A stretch of 64,000 nt of DNA from positions 928,001 through 992,000 of the forward strand of contig OY968762.1 of the NCBI GenBank assembly GCA_963695225.1. The letters run 5' to 3'. The notes beneath the pieces were generated by a model, which saw only the letters and a program-made list of their open reading frames with translations, ran no database searches and was not told the origin of the DNA. The stretch is from Vulcanimicrobiota bacterium (lineage in GTDB: Bacteria > Vulcanimicrobiota > Vulcanimicrobiia > Vulcanimicrobiales > Vulcanimicrobiaceae). Numbering within the stretch: position 1 is the first letter of the stretch; every line of letters begins with the position of its first letter. Both the position numbers and the translations under genes were made by a program. This document shows, piece by piece, positions 18,248-28,565 of the stretch.

Positions 18248-18684
18248 TGCTCCGGCTGCGTTCCGAGGCAGGGCAGTAACGCCGCCCGCAATTCTTCGGG
18301 GATGCGCCGCGGCCGGAGGTTGACGCGATCGACGCAGGCAGTCACGAGGTTCGCTTCCGCCAGCACGCACGCATCGGAGATGCGCCGGAAAACGAAGTGC
18401 AACCGGATCGACGACGCGCCGACGTGCGCGACCGTCGTTTCGATCGCGACTTCGTCGTCGACGAGCGCCGGGTGCTTGAAATCGAAGTGGAGATGGACGC
18501 GCGGTAACTCGAATTCGAAACGGTCGAACATCTCCGCGAACGAGAAGCCGAGTTCGCGATAGAGTTCGGTCTCGCCGTGCTCGAGGAAGTGCACGTACGT
18601 GCCGTAATAGATGATCCCCATCTTGTCGACGTTGCCCCAGCGGACGCGGTCGGCGACCCGGAAGACGCGCGGCTCACCGCTCAA
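18238..18684 (-). CDS. Acyl-CoA thioesterase (4HBT/YbgC-like hotdog fold)
   Basis: VRWGNVDKMGIIYYGTY motif. Confidence 0.85.
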   Translation of the reverse strand: MSGEPRVFRVADRVRWGNVDKMGIIYYGTYVHFLEHGETELYRELGFSFAEMFDRFEFELPRVHLHFDFKHPALVDDEVAIETTVAHVGASSIRLHFVFRRISDACVLAEANLVTACVDRVNLRPRRIPEELRAALLPCLGTQPEHHA

Positions 18685-19283
18685 AGCGCGTAGCTCTCCG
18701 CGGCGGCGCGCGCGTAGCGCGCGATCGGGTCGATCTCGAGATTCACGCGAGCGCCGACGCCCTTCGGGCCGAGCGTCGTGCGCGCGGCCGTCTCCGGGAT
18801 CAGCGCGATATCGAAGCGCGCGCCGCAGACCGCGGCGACCGTGAGGCTGACGCCGTCGACGGCGACGTAGCCTTTCTCGACGATGAACGGCACGAGCGCC
18901 GCCGGCCGTTCGAGCGTCAGCCGGAAGCCCTGGCCTTCGGGCTCCTTCGCCAGGATCGCGGCCGTCGCATCGACGTGCCCGTAGACGAGGTGCCCGCCGA
19001 GCCGGTCGCCGAGGCGCAGCGAGAGCTCGAGATTGACGGGATCCCCTTCGCGCAGCGCGCCGAGTGCGGAGCGCTCGAGCGTCTCGGGGACCACGTCGAA
19101 GGCGACCGTTCGAGCGTCGAACGCGACGACCGTCAGGCAGACGCCGTTGACCGCGATCGAGTCCTTCGCTTCGACGCCCTCCGCGATCGCCTCGGGCGCG
19201 GTGACGACCAAACGCGCGCCGCCGCGCGGGTCGGGGGTAAGGCGCGCCACGGTGCCGCGATGCGCGATCAGGCCGCTGAACAT
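18681..19283 (-). CDS. ribE: Riboflavin synthase alpha chain
   Basis: MFSGLI, SIAVNGVCLTV, VNLE, GGHLVYGHVD and KGYVAVDGVSLT motifs. Confidence 0.95.
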   Translation of the reverse strand: MFSGLIAHRGTVARLTPDPRGGARLVVTAPEAIAEGVEAKDSIAVNGVCLTVVAFDARTVAFDVVPETLERSALGALREGDPVNLELSLRLGDRLGGHLVYGHVDATAAILAKEPEGQGFRLTLERPAALVPFIVEKGYVAVDGVSLTVAAVCGARFDIALIPETAARTTLGPKGVGARVNLEIDPIARYARAAAESYAL

Positions 19284-20368
19284 CAGTCGATCCCTTCTAG
19301 AGCCGCCGAGAGGCGGAGATCTTCGCCGAGACGTTCGACGCGGTCGAAGCGCCAACCGCGCGCGGCCTCGCGCAGATCGGCGCCCCGCAGGGCCGGGACC
19401 GCGCGCTCGCTCGCGAGCAAGACGGGCGCGACGAGCCAATCGATGCGGTCGACAAGGCGTAGCGCCAGAAGTCGCCCGGCGAGCGTGGGCCCGCCTTCGC
19501 AGAGTACGCTCGAGATTCCGCGCGCCTTCAAAACGCGCAGCGCCGCCGCGAGATCGAGCCTGAGCGCATCGCCCGCGCCCACGTAAGCGACGTCGGCGTT
19601 CGCTTCGAGCGGCGCGAACGCGGCGCGCGCACCGGCGGGCGCGAGTACGATCGTGCGCGCGTACGTGACGCCCGCGCCCTGCGCCGGATCGAGCAGGACG
19701 CGCCGGTCCGCGGAGATCGGCGCCTCCTCGCAGACGACGACGCGCACGTAGGGGCGCAGCCGCGTGCGCGGCGGACGGACGGTCAATTGGGGATCGTCGC
19801 TGCGCACCGTTCCCGCACCGACCATGACGGCGTCGTAACCCGCGCGCAGTTCGCGCACGTGCTCGCGCGCCGCTTCGCCCGTCAGCCAATGCGACCCGGG
19901 CTCCGGCGCGACGTAGCCGTCGAGCGACGCGGCGAGCTTGAGATGGACGTACGGCCGCCCGTGCGCGATCGCGAAGGCGAACGGCTCTATTCCCGCGCGC
20001 GCCCAGGCATCGCCGGCGAGTTCGACTTCGATTCCGGCCTCGCGCAAGCGCGCGAAGCCGCCGCCCGCCGTCCGCGGGTTCGGGTCGGCGGCGCCTACGA
20101 CGACGCGCGCGATCCCCGCGGCGATCAGCGCCTCGCTGCAGGGCGGCGTCGCGCCGTGATGATTGCACGGTTCGAGCGAGACGTACGCGGTCGCACCGCG
20201 CGCGTCGCCCGCAACGCGCAGCGCCTCGACTTCGGCATGCGCCTCCCCGCGGCGATGGTGGAAGCCTTCGCCGAGCGTCCGCGCATCGCGCACGATGACG
20301 GCACCGACCGCCGGGTTCGGCGCGGTGTTTCCGCGGCCGCGCTCGGCGAGTTCACAGGCGCGGCGCAT
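19283..20368 (-). CDS. ribD: Riboflavin deaminase/reductase
   Basis: PNPAVG, HAEVEAL, LEPCNHHGATPPC, KLAASLDG and EGGPTL motifs. Confidence 0.95.
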   Translation of the reverse strand: MRRACELAERGRGNTAPNPAVGAVIVRDARTLGEGFHHRRGEAHAEVEALRVAGDARGATAYVSLEPCNHHGATPPCSEALIAAGIARVVVGAADPNPRTAGGGFARLREAGIEVELAGDAWARAGIEPFAFAIAHGRPYVHLKLAASLDGYVAPEPGSHWLTGEAAREHVRELRAGYDAVMVGAGTVRSDDPQLTVRPPRTRLRPYVRVVVCEEAPISADRRVLLDPAQGAGVTYARTIVLAPAGARAAFAPLEANADVAYVGAGDALRLDLAAALRVLKARGISSVLCEGGPTLAGRLLALRLVDRIDWLVAPVLLASERAVPALRGADLREAARGWRFDRVERLGEDLRLSAALEGID

Positions 20369-20394
20369 ATAGACGCGGTCGAGCGGCGTGAGGG

Positions 20395-20679
20395 TTACGG
20401 CGTCACCTGCACGCCTTTCCAGAATGCAACGCGCCCCGCGATCTGCCTTGCGGCATCCTTCGGCTCGGGATAGAACCAGGCCGCGTCACGATTCTCTTTC
20501 TCTCCGACGACGACGTTGTAGTAGCTCGCGGTCCCCTTCCACGGGCAGACCGTGTGCTTCGCGCTCGGCCGGAAGAACTCGCACGCGATCGCGGTCGCCG
20601 GGAAGTAATGGTTCCCTTCGACGACGACCGTATCGTCGCTCTCCGCGAGCACCGCGCCGTTCCAGATCGCTTTGGGCAT
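20395..20679 (-). CDS. DUF427 family protein
   Basis: LAES, EGNHYFP, CPWKGTASYY and AAWFYPEP motifs. Confidence 0.85.
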   Translation of the reverse strand: MPKAIWNGAVLAESDDTVVVEGNHYFPATAIACEFFRPSAKHTVCPWKGTASYYNVVVGEKENRDAAWFYPEPKDAARQIAGRVAFWKGVQVTP

Positions 20680-20692
20680 CGGTTCGAATCTC

Positions 20693-21310
20693 CTATAGCG
20701 TGCGGGCGACGACGAGCGCTCCGCGCGGGCGCGCTCCGGCCGCCTCGAGCGCCGAAGCGCAATCCCGCAAGGTCGAGCCGGTCGTCGCGACGTCGTCGAC
20801 CAGCACGACCTCGCGACCTGCGAGCGAAGTTGCGTCCCGGCACGCGTACCGCCCGCGCGCCTCGAGCCGGGCGGCGCGGCCGCGCCCCCGCTGCGCGTCC
20901 GCACCGGTCCGCCTCAGGACCGTGGCGCAAGCGAGCCCGCAGCACCGCCCGATCTCGCGGGCGAGGAAGACGCCGGGATCGTAGCCGCGCTCGAGGCGCC
21001 GGGCGTGCGTCGTCGGGACCGGAACGAGCACGATGTCGGGTTCCAGGGTCGCACCGGCCCGGCCGGCGAGCCTGCGTGCGAGGACGAGCCCGACCGGCCG
21101 GCTCCCGCCTTTGAAGGCGAGCACCGCGGACCGGAGCGCGCCGGCGTACGCGCCGAGCGCGAGCCCCGGAAGGCCGCCCGCCTCGAACTCGAGACCGATG
21201 CCCTGCGCGGCGAAGCACCCTTCGCAGAGCCACGCGCCCCCGGTTTCACACCCGGCGCAGCGCGGCGGATCGAGGACGTCGAGCAATCGTTCGAACGCTG
21301 CGCCGAACAT
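20693..21310 (-). CDS. ComF-family phosphoribosyltransferase-like protein
   Basis: N-terminal CxxC pairs; VPVP, RGY and LVDDVATTGSTL motifs. Confidence 0.85.
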   Translation of the reverse strand: MFGAAFERLLDVLDPPRCAGCETGGAWLCEGCFAAQGIGLEFEAGGLPGLALGAYAGALRSAVLAFKGGSRPVGLVLARRLAGRAGATLEPDIVLVPVPTTHARRLERGYDPGVFLAREIGRCCGLACATVLRRTGADAQRGRGRAARLEARGRYACRDATSLAGREVVLVDDVATTGSTLRDCASALEAAGARPRGALVVARTL

Positions 21311-21378
21311 GGCGCAGGTTCCATCGCGACGGAGCGCGCTCGCAACTAGGGTCGTGAATCAGCCGCGCAGCAGCGCGC

Positions 21379-22668
21379 TCACCTCCACGGTTGGACGAAG
21401 CTCGGGTCTACGACCCCGTCGACGATCTTCGCGAACGACTCGAGCGGGCAGTCGAGCGACGGACAACCCGGGACGTAGACCGGGACGAAATCCGGGCGCG
21501 TGCCGATGCCCGCCCGCATATCGCTCATGCGCTGCGCCGCGAAGAACAGGCGAACGTACGGCGGCGACCCGGCGGGCGTATGGAGCTCGAACGCGAGCGC
21601 ACCGCCCGGCGGCGCGTCGTTGAACGGGCCTTGCGGCGCCAGCCACGAGAGCCGCAGCAAGCCTGCAAGCTGGGAGAGCTGCGTGTCGTGCCCGATCAGG
21701 AAGACGACACGCGCGCCCGCCGGAACCGCGATATCGGGGGACTTGCTCGACGTCGAACCTTGAAGGAGCGTCTGGAGGATGTGCGTGAGGACGTTCGAGC
21801 TGTGAGCTTGCGCCGTGTATGGGTTCTGGCGCACGAGGCGCGACTGCGCGGAGCGCAGCGCGAGAAGGTCCAGCATCGTCCGTGCATCGAGCCTCCCCCA
21901 ACCGGCATCCGGCAAGCCTTCGACGTACCCGAGGTACATGTCGCCCACGGCGCTCTCGGCGAGGTCGAATCCGCCGCTCAGCTCCGCGAGTCCGCCGTCG
22001 CCGGTCGACGCAACCGACGTCTTGATTCCGGCCAGCGGCTTGCACGTTGCGGGCGCGGTACAGCCGAGGACGGCGTTGAGTTCCGCGTACTCGCGCGCGT
22101 AGGTCTGCGTCAACGAGTTCGGATCGCCGCCGAGCGAACCGAGAAGCGAGGCTTTCGAACGGGCGACGTCGACCTGGCCCACGGAAGGATCGAACAGCGT
22201 ATCGGTCTTCGTCGCGGAATGCTCTACGGCGAGCGAGGGGCACTTCGGCGCGAAGCCGTCGAGCAGCGCCCGCCCCGTCGCGAGCGTTCGCTGATCCGTA
22301 TCGGCCCACACGAAGACCGCATCGCGCGCGGGACACCCGGCGGCCCCCGCGGCGAGGCTGCCATAGCGGCGGCGGTATGCTTCGCCGAAGCCGCGCATGA
22401 GCGCCGCGCCGTGCGGAGTGAGGTGTCCCGGCGGAACCTTCCACGCCGGCCACGGCCGGCTCGCGTACGCGTTCAGTTCCCCCGGGTGCGTCGGAGACCG
22501 CACGCCGTGCCGCGTCATCACGACCACCATCGCGAGATCGGCGCCGGCGGCGGCATCGGCGCTGGAGGCGGCGCCGGCGCGCTGCGGACCGTTCGCGAGG
22601 CAGAACGCGACTAACGCGAACGCGAGGCTCGCCGCGGCGAGCGCGCGTAGGGGAAGCGGCGATTTCAT
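21379..22668 (-). CDS. Secreted histidine acid phosphatase (AppA/Agp phytase-like)
   Basis: RHGVRSP (RHGxRxP) and GHDT motifs; signal peptide after ATG 22668. Confidence 0.88.
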   Translation of the reverse strand: MKSPLPLRALAAASLAFALVAFCLANGPQRAGAASSADAAAGADLAMVVVMTRHGVRSPTHPGELNAYASRPWPAWKVPPGHLTPHGAALMRGFGEAYRRRYGSLAAGAAGCPARDAVFVWADTDQRTLATGRALLDGFAPKCPSLAVEHSATKTDTLFDPSVGQVDVARSKASLLGSLGGDPNSLTQTYAREYAELNAVLGCTAPATCKPLAGIKTSVASTGDGGLAELSGGFDLAESAVGDMYLGYVEGLPDAGWGRLDARTMLDLLALRSAQSRLVRQNPYTAQAHSSNVLTHILQTLLQGSTSSKSPDIAVPAGARVVFLIGHDTQLSQLAGLLRLSWLAPQGPFNDAPPGGALAFELHTPAGSPPYVRLFFAAQRMSDMRAGIGTRPDFVPVYVPGCPSLDCPLESFAKIVDGVVDPSFVQPWR

Positions 22669-22688
22669 GAGCGTGAGCCCCTCTGGGA

Positions 22689-23774
22689 TCAGGGATGCGC
22701 GAAGAGCGGAGTCATCGGAACCACCAGCACGTCGTCGGCGTGGCGCAGGTGGCCGTCGAGGCCGAGCGCGTCCTCGATCGTGCGGAGTAGGCTGTAATGG
22801 TCGTACGGGGTCGGATCGGCGAGCCCGCGCGGACCGTGGTTCGTGATCACGATCGTGGGGATGTGGCCTCCGCCCGGGTTGTGGTCGTCGACCGGGACGC
22901 AACACGATTGCACGCTGCCCGGGATGCGATCGGCCTTGCCGTCTTCGTCCCAGGTCAGCACGATCGCAGTGTTTCCCGTGCTCCAGATCGGCGACGCCTG
23001 GATCTGCGCGACCAGGTCGCGCACGTACGCGTCGCCGCGACGCACGAGCCCTTCGTCGTCCCCCGCGCAATCGGGCGGTGATTTCGGGCCGCCGACGCCG
23101 TGCATCTCGTTGCACTGGTTCGGGACGACGAGCGCGAAGGCCGGAACGTCTCCGCTGCGCAGATCGGCGCGCAGCGCGTCGAAGCCGACGAGCTTCTGCG
23201 CGAGCTTCGGATCGCCGGGTGTCGTGACGAAATTGGTGAAGCCGGTGTGCTTGGCCGCGTAGAGCCCGGCCGGCAGCGTATCGCTCGCGGGCGAGACGAC
23301 GGCGAGCGAGCCGGGCGCGGGGAGGTTCTCCAAGTAGGCCCGCCAGCCGAGTCCCTTCGCTTCCAACTGGGTCGCGAGGTTGGGTCCCACGACGAGATGC
23401 GGGACGTAACCGGGCGTGTTCGAGCCTTTGCAGAACGCGGCGGCCGAACCTGGGATGCAATACCATGCGTCGTCGTCGGCGATGCCGAACGTGTCCCCGC
23501 CGATCAGCGCGACGTAGTTCGGCTCGCTCGGATGGCGCTCCGCGAACATCTGCGTCGCGCTGCCGTACGTCTTCGCGAGGTTCGCGATCGTGGGCGCGTA
23601 ACCGCGTTCGAAGATGGTCGAGTAGCCTTTGTTTTCCTCGACGATGACGAGGATGTGATCGTAATGAGATACGGCGAGGTCACGATCCGTCTGCATGGCG
23701 ACTGCTCCCCCGAAGGGGAGCAGTGCCGTGCAGATCGCGAGCGCAGCCGAGAGAAGCTTGCCGCGCTGAACCAC
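22689..23774 (-). CDS. Secreted phosphoesterase-family protein
   Basis: VIVEEN, HPSEPNY, NEMH, TWDED and YDHYSLLRTIE motifs; signal peptide. Confidence 0.85.
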   Translation of the reverse strand: MVQRGKLLSAALAICTALLPFGGAVAMQTDRDLAVSHYDHILVIVEENKGYSTIFERGYAPTIANLAKTYGSATQMFAERHPSEPNYVALIGGDTFGIADDDAWYCIPGSAAAFCKGSNTPGYVPHLVVGPNLATQLEAKGLGWRAYLENLPAPGSLAVVSPASDTLPAGLYAAKHTGFTNFVTTPGDPKLAQKLVGFDALRADLRSGDVPAFALVVPNQCNEMHGVGGPKSPPDCAGDDEGLVRRGDAYVRDLVAQIQASPIWSTGNTAIVLTWDEDGKADRIPGSVQSCCVPVDDHNPGGGHIPTIVITNHGPRGLADPTPYDHYSLLRTIEDALGLDGHLRHADDVLVVPMTPLFAHP

Positions 23775-23776
23775 GC

Positions 23777-26503
23777 TTAGAGTTTCTGCTGGAAGGTCAG
23801 CGTGACCGTCGCCGGCGCCAGGCCGAAGAGTTCGCTCGGGCTCGGTGTGACCTGGCTGATGGAGTTCGTGATGGGCGCCGTTCCGAGGCCCAGATACCCG
23901 TAGTATTGGACCGCGTTGTTGAAGATGTTCGTGCCGCCGAGCGTCAGCAGCGAATCCTTGTTCTTCCCGAACGAGCGGCTCACGAACGCGTTGGAGTGCC
24001 AGTACGCGGAACGGTTGAGCGCGTTGTTCGAGCCCACGTAGTAGTTATCGAGCCGGAACTCCCAGGGGCCGGGCGCCACGTCGAGCGAGAGCGACGCCTG
24101 ATGGAGCGGGATGCCGGAGATCTGGGCGCCGTTGACGACCGTCGGGTTGTTGAGCAGGATGTTGTCGTCGATGCCCGACTTCACGGACGATTCGATGTAG
24201 TATCCGTAATCGACGTAGGCGATCTTGGCGAAGCGCTGGCGGCCGGTGAACTCGATGCCGCGGGCCAGTGCGCTCGCGGCGTTGTAGTTCGTGCCGACCG
24301 AGAGATACTGCGGCAGCGTCGCGAGCGTGATGTTTTCGCCGGGGCACTGCGATTGCAGACGCTGCAGATACGTCTGCAAGACGTTACCCTGGAAGGAGAC
24401 GTTGTTGATGCCGTACTCCAGCAGCGGCTGCGAGGCGTTGAAGATCTGCCCCTGAACCGCCGTCACGTAGGCGTTGAGCTGGACGTTGCTGTCTCCGGAG
24501 AAGCGGTGGCCGTAGCCGAACTCGAAGTCGTTCGCGCTCTCGGCCTTCAGGTTCGGGTTCCCTGCGGTTGCGACGTCGTTGTAGCCTCCGCAGTTGACGC
24601 TGGTCAGAGAGGCCCCCGGATCCAGCGCGACGGCCGGGCCGCCGGCTTTGAGCTGCGGTGCCGGAGCGCCGTCCGAACGGCCGTACGTGAATTGCACGAC
24701 GTCGTGCGACGTCGGCCTGAACTGGACCGTGGCACGCGGGTCGAAGGTCGTCTGCTCGGTGACAGACGAGTGCTTGATCCATGCGTTTGCGAAGAGCGAG
24801 AGTTTGTCGCTGAACTGGTAGACGTCGCGAAGGAAGTAGCTGCCCTCTCCGAAGTACGCGTCCTTCACCTTGGGTTTCGTGTTCTCGGCCTCGCCGTTCT
24901 GCCGTTGGTGCCAATCGGTGACGCCGAAGGAGAGGTCGTTCCGGCCGAACGAGAGCGAGTCGGAGAGCAGGTACCCGGCCGTGTTGTAGTAGTTCGCGTA
25001 CGTCGCGCCGATATACGCGCCGGTCGGGTCGATGCCGCCGGAGAGGCTGCTGTCCTTCCAGAACCAGTAGTTGTTGCGGAAGCCCGACGCCATGAGCGTG
25101 TGCTTGCCGAGTTGCGTCGTCAAGGACGCGCTGTAGTCGCGCATGCTCGTCGAACGCTGGCGGCCCGCGCCGCCGCCGTCGGGACCGTACGTCGCCGCGG
25201 CGAATTGCTGCGCCGTGTAGCACGCCGTCGTTCCGCCGATCGGATCGGTAACGACCGTGTAGCCTGCGGTGCCCGACGCCGTCGTGCAGTCCGGCGTGCC
25301 GCTCTGCACTTGCCCCAAGCGCACGGAGTACGGCAGGTAGTCGTTGTCGCCGTTGCCGGTCGAGTCCGACCACTGCACCGAGGTATACGCCGTCAGCTTC
25401 AGGTTCGTGACCGGGCTGAGCGCGTAGGTAAGTTTCGCGAGGCCGATGCTCTGCTGCGTGTTTTGGCTGACGGCGTACGTGTTCACCGCCAGGTTGCAGG
25501 CGCTGACGTCGTTCGAGCTGCCCGCGCACGCGCCGTTAGGATTCGCGGAGCCGGGATCGACGTTGTCCGGACGCGCCGATTGGGCGATTTGCCCCGGAAA
25601 GAAATTGCCGTACTCGCCGAACCGGCCGCCGGCGAACGCGTACCCCAACTTGCCCAGCATGCCGGTCGCCGTGAGCGCAGTCCCCAGGATGCCCGCGCCC
25701 CCGATCTGCTGCTGGAACGAGAGATGCGGTGCGATCGTCGGGTTGATCGTCACGTAGTTCACGGCGCCGCCGATCGTGTCGCTGCCGAAGAGGCCTTGCG
25801 CGCCCGATCCGTACGTCACGTCGATCGAGCTCAAGCCGTAGGCGGGCCCGAGCGAGAAGTTGAAGGCGCCGCCCCCGACGCCGAGCGGTCCGACCGGATG
25901 CCCGTCGAACAGCGAAGCCGTCTCGCTCGAGCCGAGGCCTCGCAGGTTGATGCTCGCGTCGTCGCCGACGGAGGACGAGGTCGAGAAGTTCGTGCCCGGT
26001 AACGTGCCGAGCTGATCCGAGATGCGGATTTGCCCGGTTTGCGTCACGTTCTCGACGTTGATCTTCTGCGAGATGGTCGTCGCCGCGCTCAGCGCGTTCG
26101 ACGAGCTCGCCGAGACGCGTGCAATGACCGCAGTGCCGCCGCGCGCGGTCGTCGTCGCGAGCGTAAGCGCCGCGTTGAACGTCGTCGTCGAGCCTGAAAC
26201 AACCGCGATGCCGGACGTTGCCGCCGAGTCGTAGCCGCGCGCCGAAACAGTGATCGTGTAGATGCCCGGCGCGACGCTGCCGAATTGGTAGCGGCCGTTC
26301 GCATCGGTCGCCGTCGTGGCGCCCGTCGTATCCTCACTCCCCAAGGCCACCGACGCGCCGGCGACCGGGAGTGCGTTGCGTTGATCGATCACGAGACCCG
26401 CGATCGTCGCCGATGCCGCTTGCGCGCGCACCGGAACGGAAGAAATAAAGAAGAGGGCCGCGCACAAAAGGGCGGCACAGGAACGTACCAGCCAAGTATT
26501 CAT
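23777..26503 (-). CDS. TonB-dependent receptor with N-terminal carboxypeptidase-regulatory-like domain
   Basis: Signal peptide; INLRG, DGHP and IGGAVN plug motifs; GNPNLKAE; NIFN near the C-terminus. Confidence 0.88.
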   Translation of the reverse strand: MNTWLVRSCAALLCAALFFISSVPVRAQAASATIAGLVIDQRNALPVAGASVALGSEDTTGATTATDANGRYQFGSVAPGIYTITVSARGYDSAATSGIAVVSGSTTTFNAALTLATTTARGGTAVIARVSASSSNALSAATTISQKINVENVTQTGQIRISDQLGTLPGTNFSTSSSVGDDASINLRGLGSSETASLFDGHPVGPLGVGGGAFNFSLGPAYGLSSIDVTYGSGAQGLFGSDTIGGAVNYVTINPTIAPHLSFQQQIGGAGILGTALTATGMLGKLGYAFAGGRFGEYGNFFPGQIAQSARPDNVDPGSANPNGACAGSSNDVSACNLAVNTYAVSQNTQQSIGLAKLTYALSPVTNLKLTAYTSVQWSDSTGNGDNDYLPYSVRLGQVQSGTPDCTTASGTAGYTVVTDPIGGTTACYTAQQFAAATYGPDGGGAGRQRSTSMRDYSASLTTQLGKHTLMASGFRNNYWFWKDSSLSGGIDPTGAYIGATYANYYNTAGYLLSDSLSFGRNDLSFGVTDWHQRQNGEAENTKPKVKDAYFGEGSYFLRDVYQFSDKLSLFANAWIKHSSVTEQTTFDPRATVQFRPTSHDVVQFTYGRSDGAPAPQLKAGGPAVALDPGASLTSVNCGGYNDVATAGNPNLKAESANDFEFGYGHRFSGDSNVQLNAYVTAVQGQIFNASQPLLEYGINNVSFQGNVLQTYLQRLQSQCPGENITLATLPQYLSVGTNYNAASALARGIEFTGRQRFAKIAYVDYGYYIESSVKSGIDDNILLNNPTVVNGAQISGIPLHQASLSLDVAPGPWEFRLDNYYVGSNNALNRSAYWHSNAFVSRSFGKNKDSLLTLGGTNIFNNAVQYYGYLGLGTAPITNSISQVTPSPSELFGLAPATVTLTFQQKL

Positions 26504-26524
26504 GCCCGTACGATAGGGGCGGCA

Positions 26525-26563
26525 TGTTAAGACAAGTTCATGATCTTATTAAGTTCGTGTGAT
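26525..26563 (-). promoter_or_regulatory. Pho-box-like direct repeats with 11-bp period
   Basis: Minus strand ATCACA-N5-TTAATA-N5-ATGAAC-N5-TTAACA, then TATCGT 6 nt before the receptor ATG. Confidence 0.55.
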
Positions 26564-26601
26564 GCGCCTTCGCGCGTTCCCCGGCCTTGCGCTCGTGGTG
26601 T

Positions 26602-27546
26602 ATGATCTTTCGCGTTATGTTGCTTCCCGCATTGCCGCCGCAGGCGGTTCCTGTCTACGGCGCCTTCGATTACGTCACGGTCGACGCACAGCGCCGGCGC
26701 GTCTACGCTGCACACGGCGGCAGTAAGACGTTACTCGTCGTCGATGCGGATAGCGGTAAGGTGCTCAAGCAGATCAAAGTCGGGCCGATGGCCGGCGTGG
26801 CCTTCGATCCCGCGAACGGGCACGTGTTCACGGGCAACGGTGCCGGCGGCAGCGTCAGCGAAGTCGATCCTGCCGCGGCCACGGTCCTCCGCACGACGGA
26901 TCTCGGCGCGCCGGTCGACGCCATTGCCTACGACGCGGCGACCGGACGCATCTACGCGGATGAGGACAACGGAACTCGACTGTTCGTCATCGACGCAAAG
27001 ACGATGAGCCTCGTCAAGACCGTCACGTTGCCCGGCCACAAGCCAGAGTATCTCGCAGTCGACCCGAAGACGCACGACGTCTATCAGAACATCGCCGACG
27101 CGGCGGAGTTCGTCGTCGTCGACGCGGCGTCGCTCGCCGTGAAGCGCACGATCAAGACGCCGGAACTCTCCGGGAATCATCCGCTGCAGTACGACGCCGA
27201 GTTCGGTCAAATCGTCGTGGCCGGAACGAACGGCGTGATGAGCGCGTACACGCCGGCGGGCGTGAAGCTCGGCTCGCTCGGCGTCCCACGCTTCGATCAA
27301 TGCAACCTCGATCCCACGCAGCACGTCCTGGCGTGCGCCGGCGACGGCGGCATCTCGCGCTATCAGCTCGCGCGCGATGCCGCGCCCGCGCTGCTCGATC
27401 GGACTTCGGTCGACGCGGGCGTCCACACGACGGCGATCGACCCGTCCACTCACGCCGTGTTCGGCGTGTGGGCCACGCGGGACGGCAGCGGCGACTTCGT
27501 GCAAAAGTTCACGCCGGCCGCCGCGGCGCCGTCCCCTTCGCGCTAG
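26602..27546 (+). CDS. YncE/YVTN-like beta-propeller protein
   Basis: FDYVTVD and repeated (V/I)AxDPxxxx(V/I)Y blades; start uncertain. Confidence 0.75.
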   Translation: MIFRVMLLPALPPQAVPVYGAFDYVTVDAQRRRVYAAHGGSKTLLVVDADSGKVLKQIKVGPMAGVAFDPANGHVFTGNGAGGSVSEVDPAAATVLRTTDLGAPVDAIAYDAATGRIYADEDNGTRLFVIDAKTMSLVKTVTLPGHKPEYLAVDPKTHDVYQNIADAAEFVVVDAASLAVKRTIKTPELSGNHPLQYDAEFGQIVVAGTNGVMSAYTPAGVKLGSLGVPRFDQCNLDPTQHVLACAGDGGISRYQLARDAAPALLDRTSVDAGVHTTAIDPSTHAVFGVWATRDGSGDFVQKFTPAAAAPSPSR

Positions 27547-28565
27547 GCTGACTCGCCGTTCGCGACGATCGCGTCGCGTAGGGCGTGCCCCGGCGGCACG
27601 GCGTAATCGATTCCGACGATCGAATCGACGACGTGCGCGTGCGTGCCGATCGTCGCGCGATCCCATACGATCGAACGCTCGACGACGGCACCGTCGCCGA
27701 TGAAGACGGCGTCGCCGATCACGCTCGGCCCGATCACTCGGACGCCGTTTCCGAGTTGCGCACGCGCGCCGATGCGCACGTCGCCCTCGATCAGGACATC
27801 GTCGCCGAGTGCCGCATCGCGCGGGATCCCCTTCGCGCGCGCTCCCGGGAGGCGAACCTTCCCGGAGAGCACGTCGTGCGTCGCGCGCCGGTACTCGCCG
27901 GGAGTGCCGATGTCGCACCAATACGCTCCCGGCAATTCGAGCCCGTAGAACGCCGCGCTCTCGCTCTGCAACTGCGGGAAGACCTGCTTGCCGAAATCGT
28001 AGAACTCACCGGCCGGAATGCGTTTGAAAATCTCCGGCTCGAACACGTAGATTCCGGTATTCACGAGATGCGACTTCTCGGTCCCCGCCGCCGGCTTCTC
28101 CTGGAACTCGACGATGCGGCCCGTATCGTCGACGACGACGACGCCGTAGTGCGAAACGTCTTCGGCCGGGACGAGCGCGATCGTAGCCAGCGCGCCGCGC
28201 TTGCGGTGGAAATCGATCAGCGCGTCGAGGCGCAGGTCCGTGAGGTCGTCGCAGCCGACGACGACGAACGTCTCGTCGAAGTATGACTCCATCTGCTTTA
28301 CGGCGCCCGCGCTGCCGAGTAGCTTCGCCTCGTGCAGGTACTCGAGCTTCACGCCATACGCGGAGCCGTCGCCGAACGTCGACGTGATCGCCTCGGCGAG
28401 GTAATGCACGTTGATCGCGACGTCTTCGATCCCGAACGAGCGCAGATATCGCATGACGTGCGCGCTGTTCGGTTCGCCGTCGACGGGGACCAGGGGTTTG
28501 GGCACCTGGCGCGTCAGCGGGTAGAGCCGGGTGCTGAGCCCACCGGCCAGGATCATCGCTTTCAC
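27543..28565 (-). CDS. NDP-sugar pyrophosphorylase (mannose-1-P guanylyltransferase-like)
   Basis: ILAGGLSTRLYPLT..PKP, EKP, NTGIY and WCDIG motifs; C-terminal hexapeptide repeats. Confidence 0.9.
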   Translation of the reverse strand: MKAMILAGGLSTRLYPLTRQVPKPLVPVDGEPNSAHVMRYLRSFGIEDVAINVHYLAEAITSTFGDGSAYGVKLEYLHEAKLLGSAGAVKQMESYFDETFVVVGCDDLTDLRLDALIDFHRKRGALATIALVPAEDVSHYGVVVVDDTGRIVEFQEKPAAGTEKSHLVNTGIYVFEPEIFKRIPAGEFYDFGKQVFPQLQSESAAFYGLELPGAYWCDIGTPGEYRRATHDVLSGKVRLPGARAKGIPRDAALGDDVLIEGDVRIGARAQLGNGVRVIGPSVIGDAVFIGDGAVVERSIVWDRATIGTHAHVVDSIVGIDYAVPPGHALRDAIVANGESA

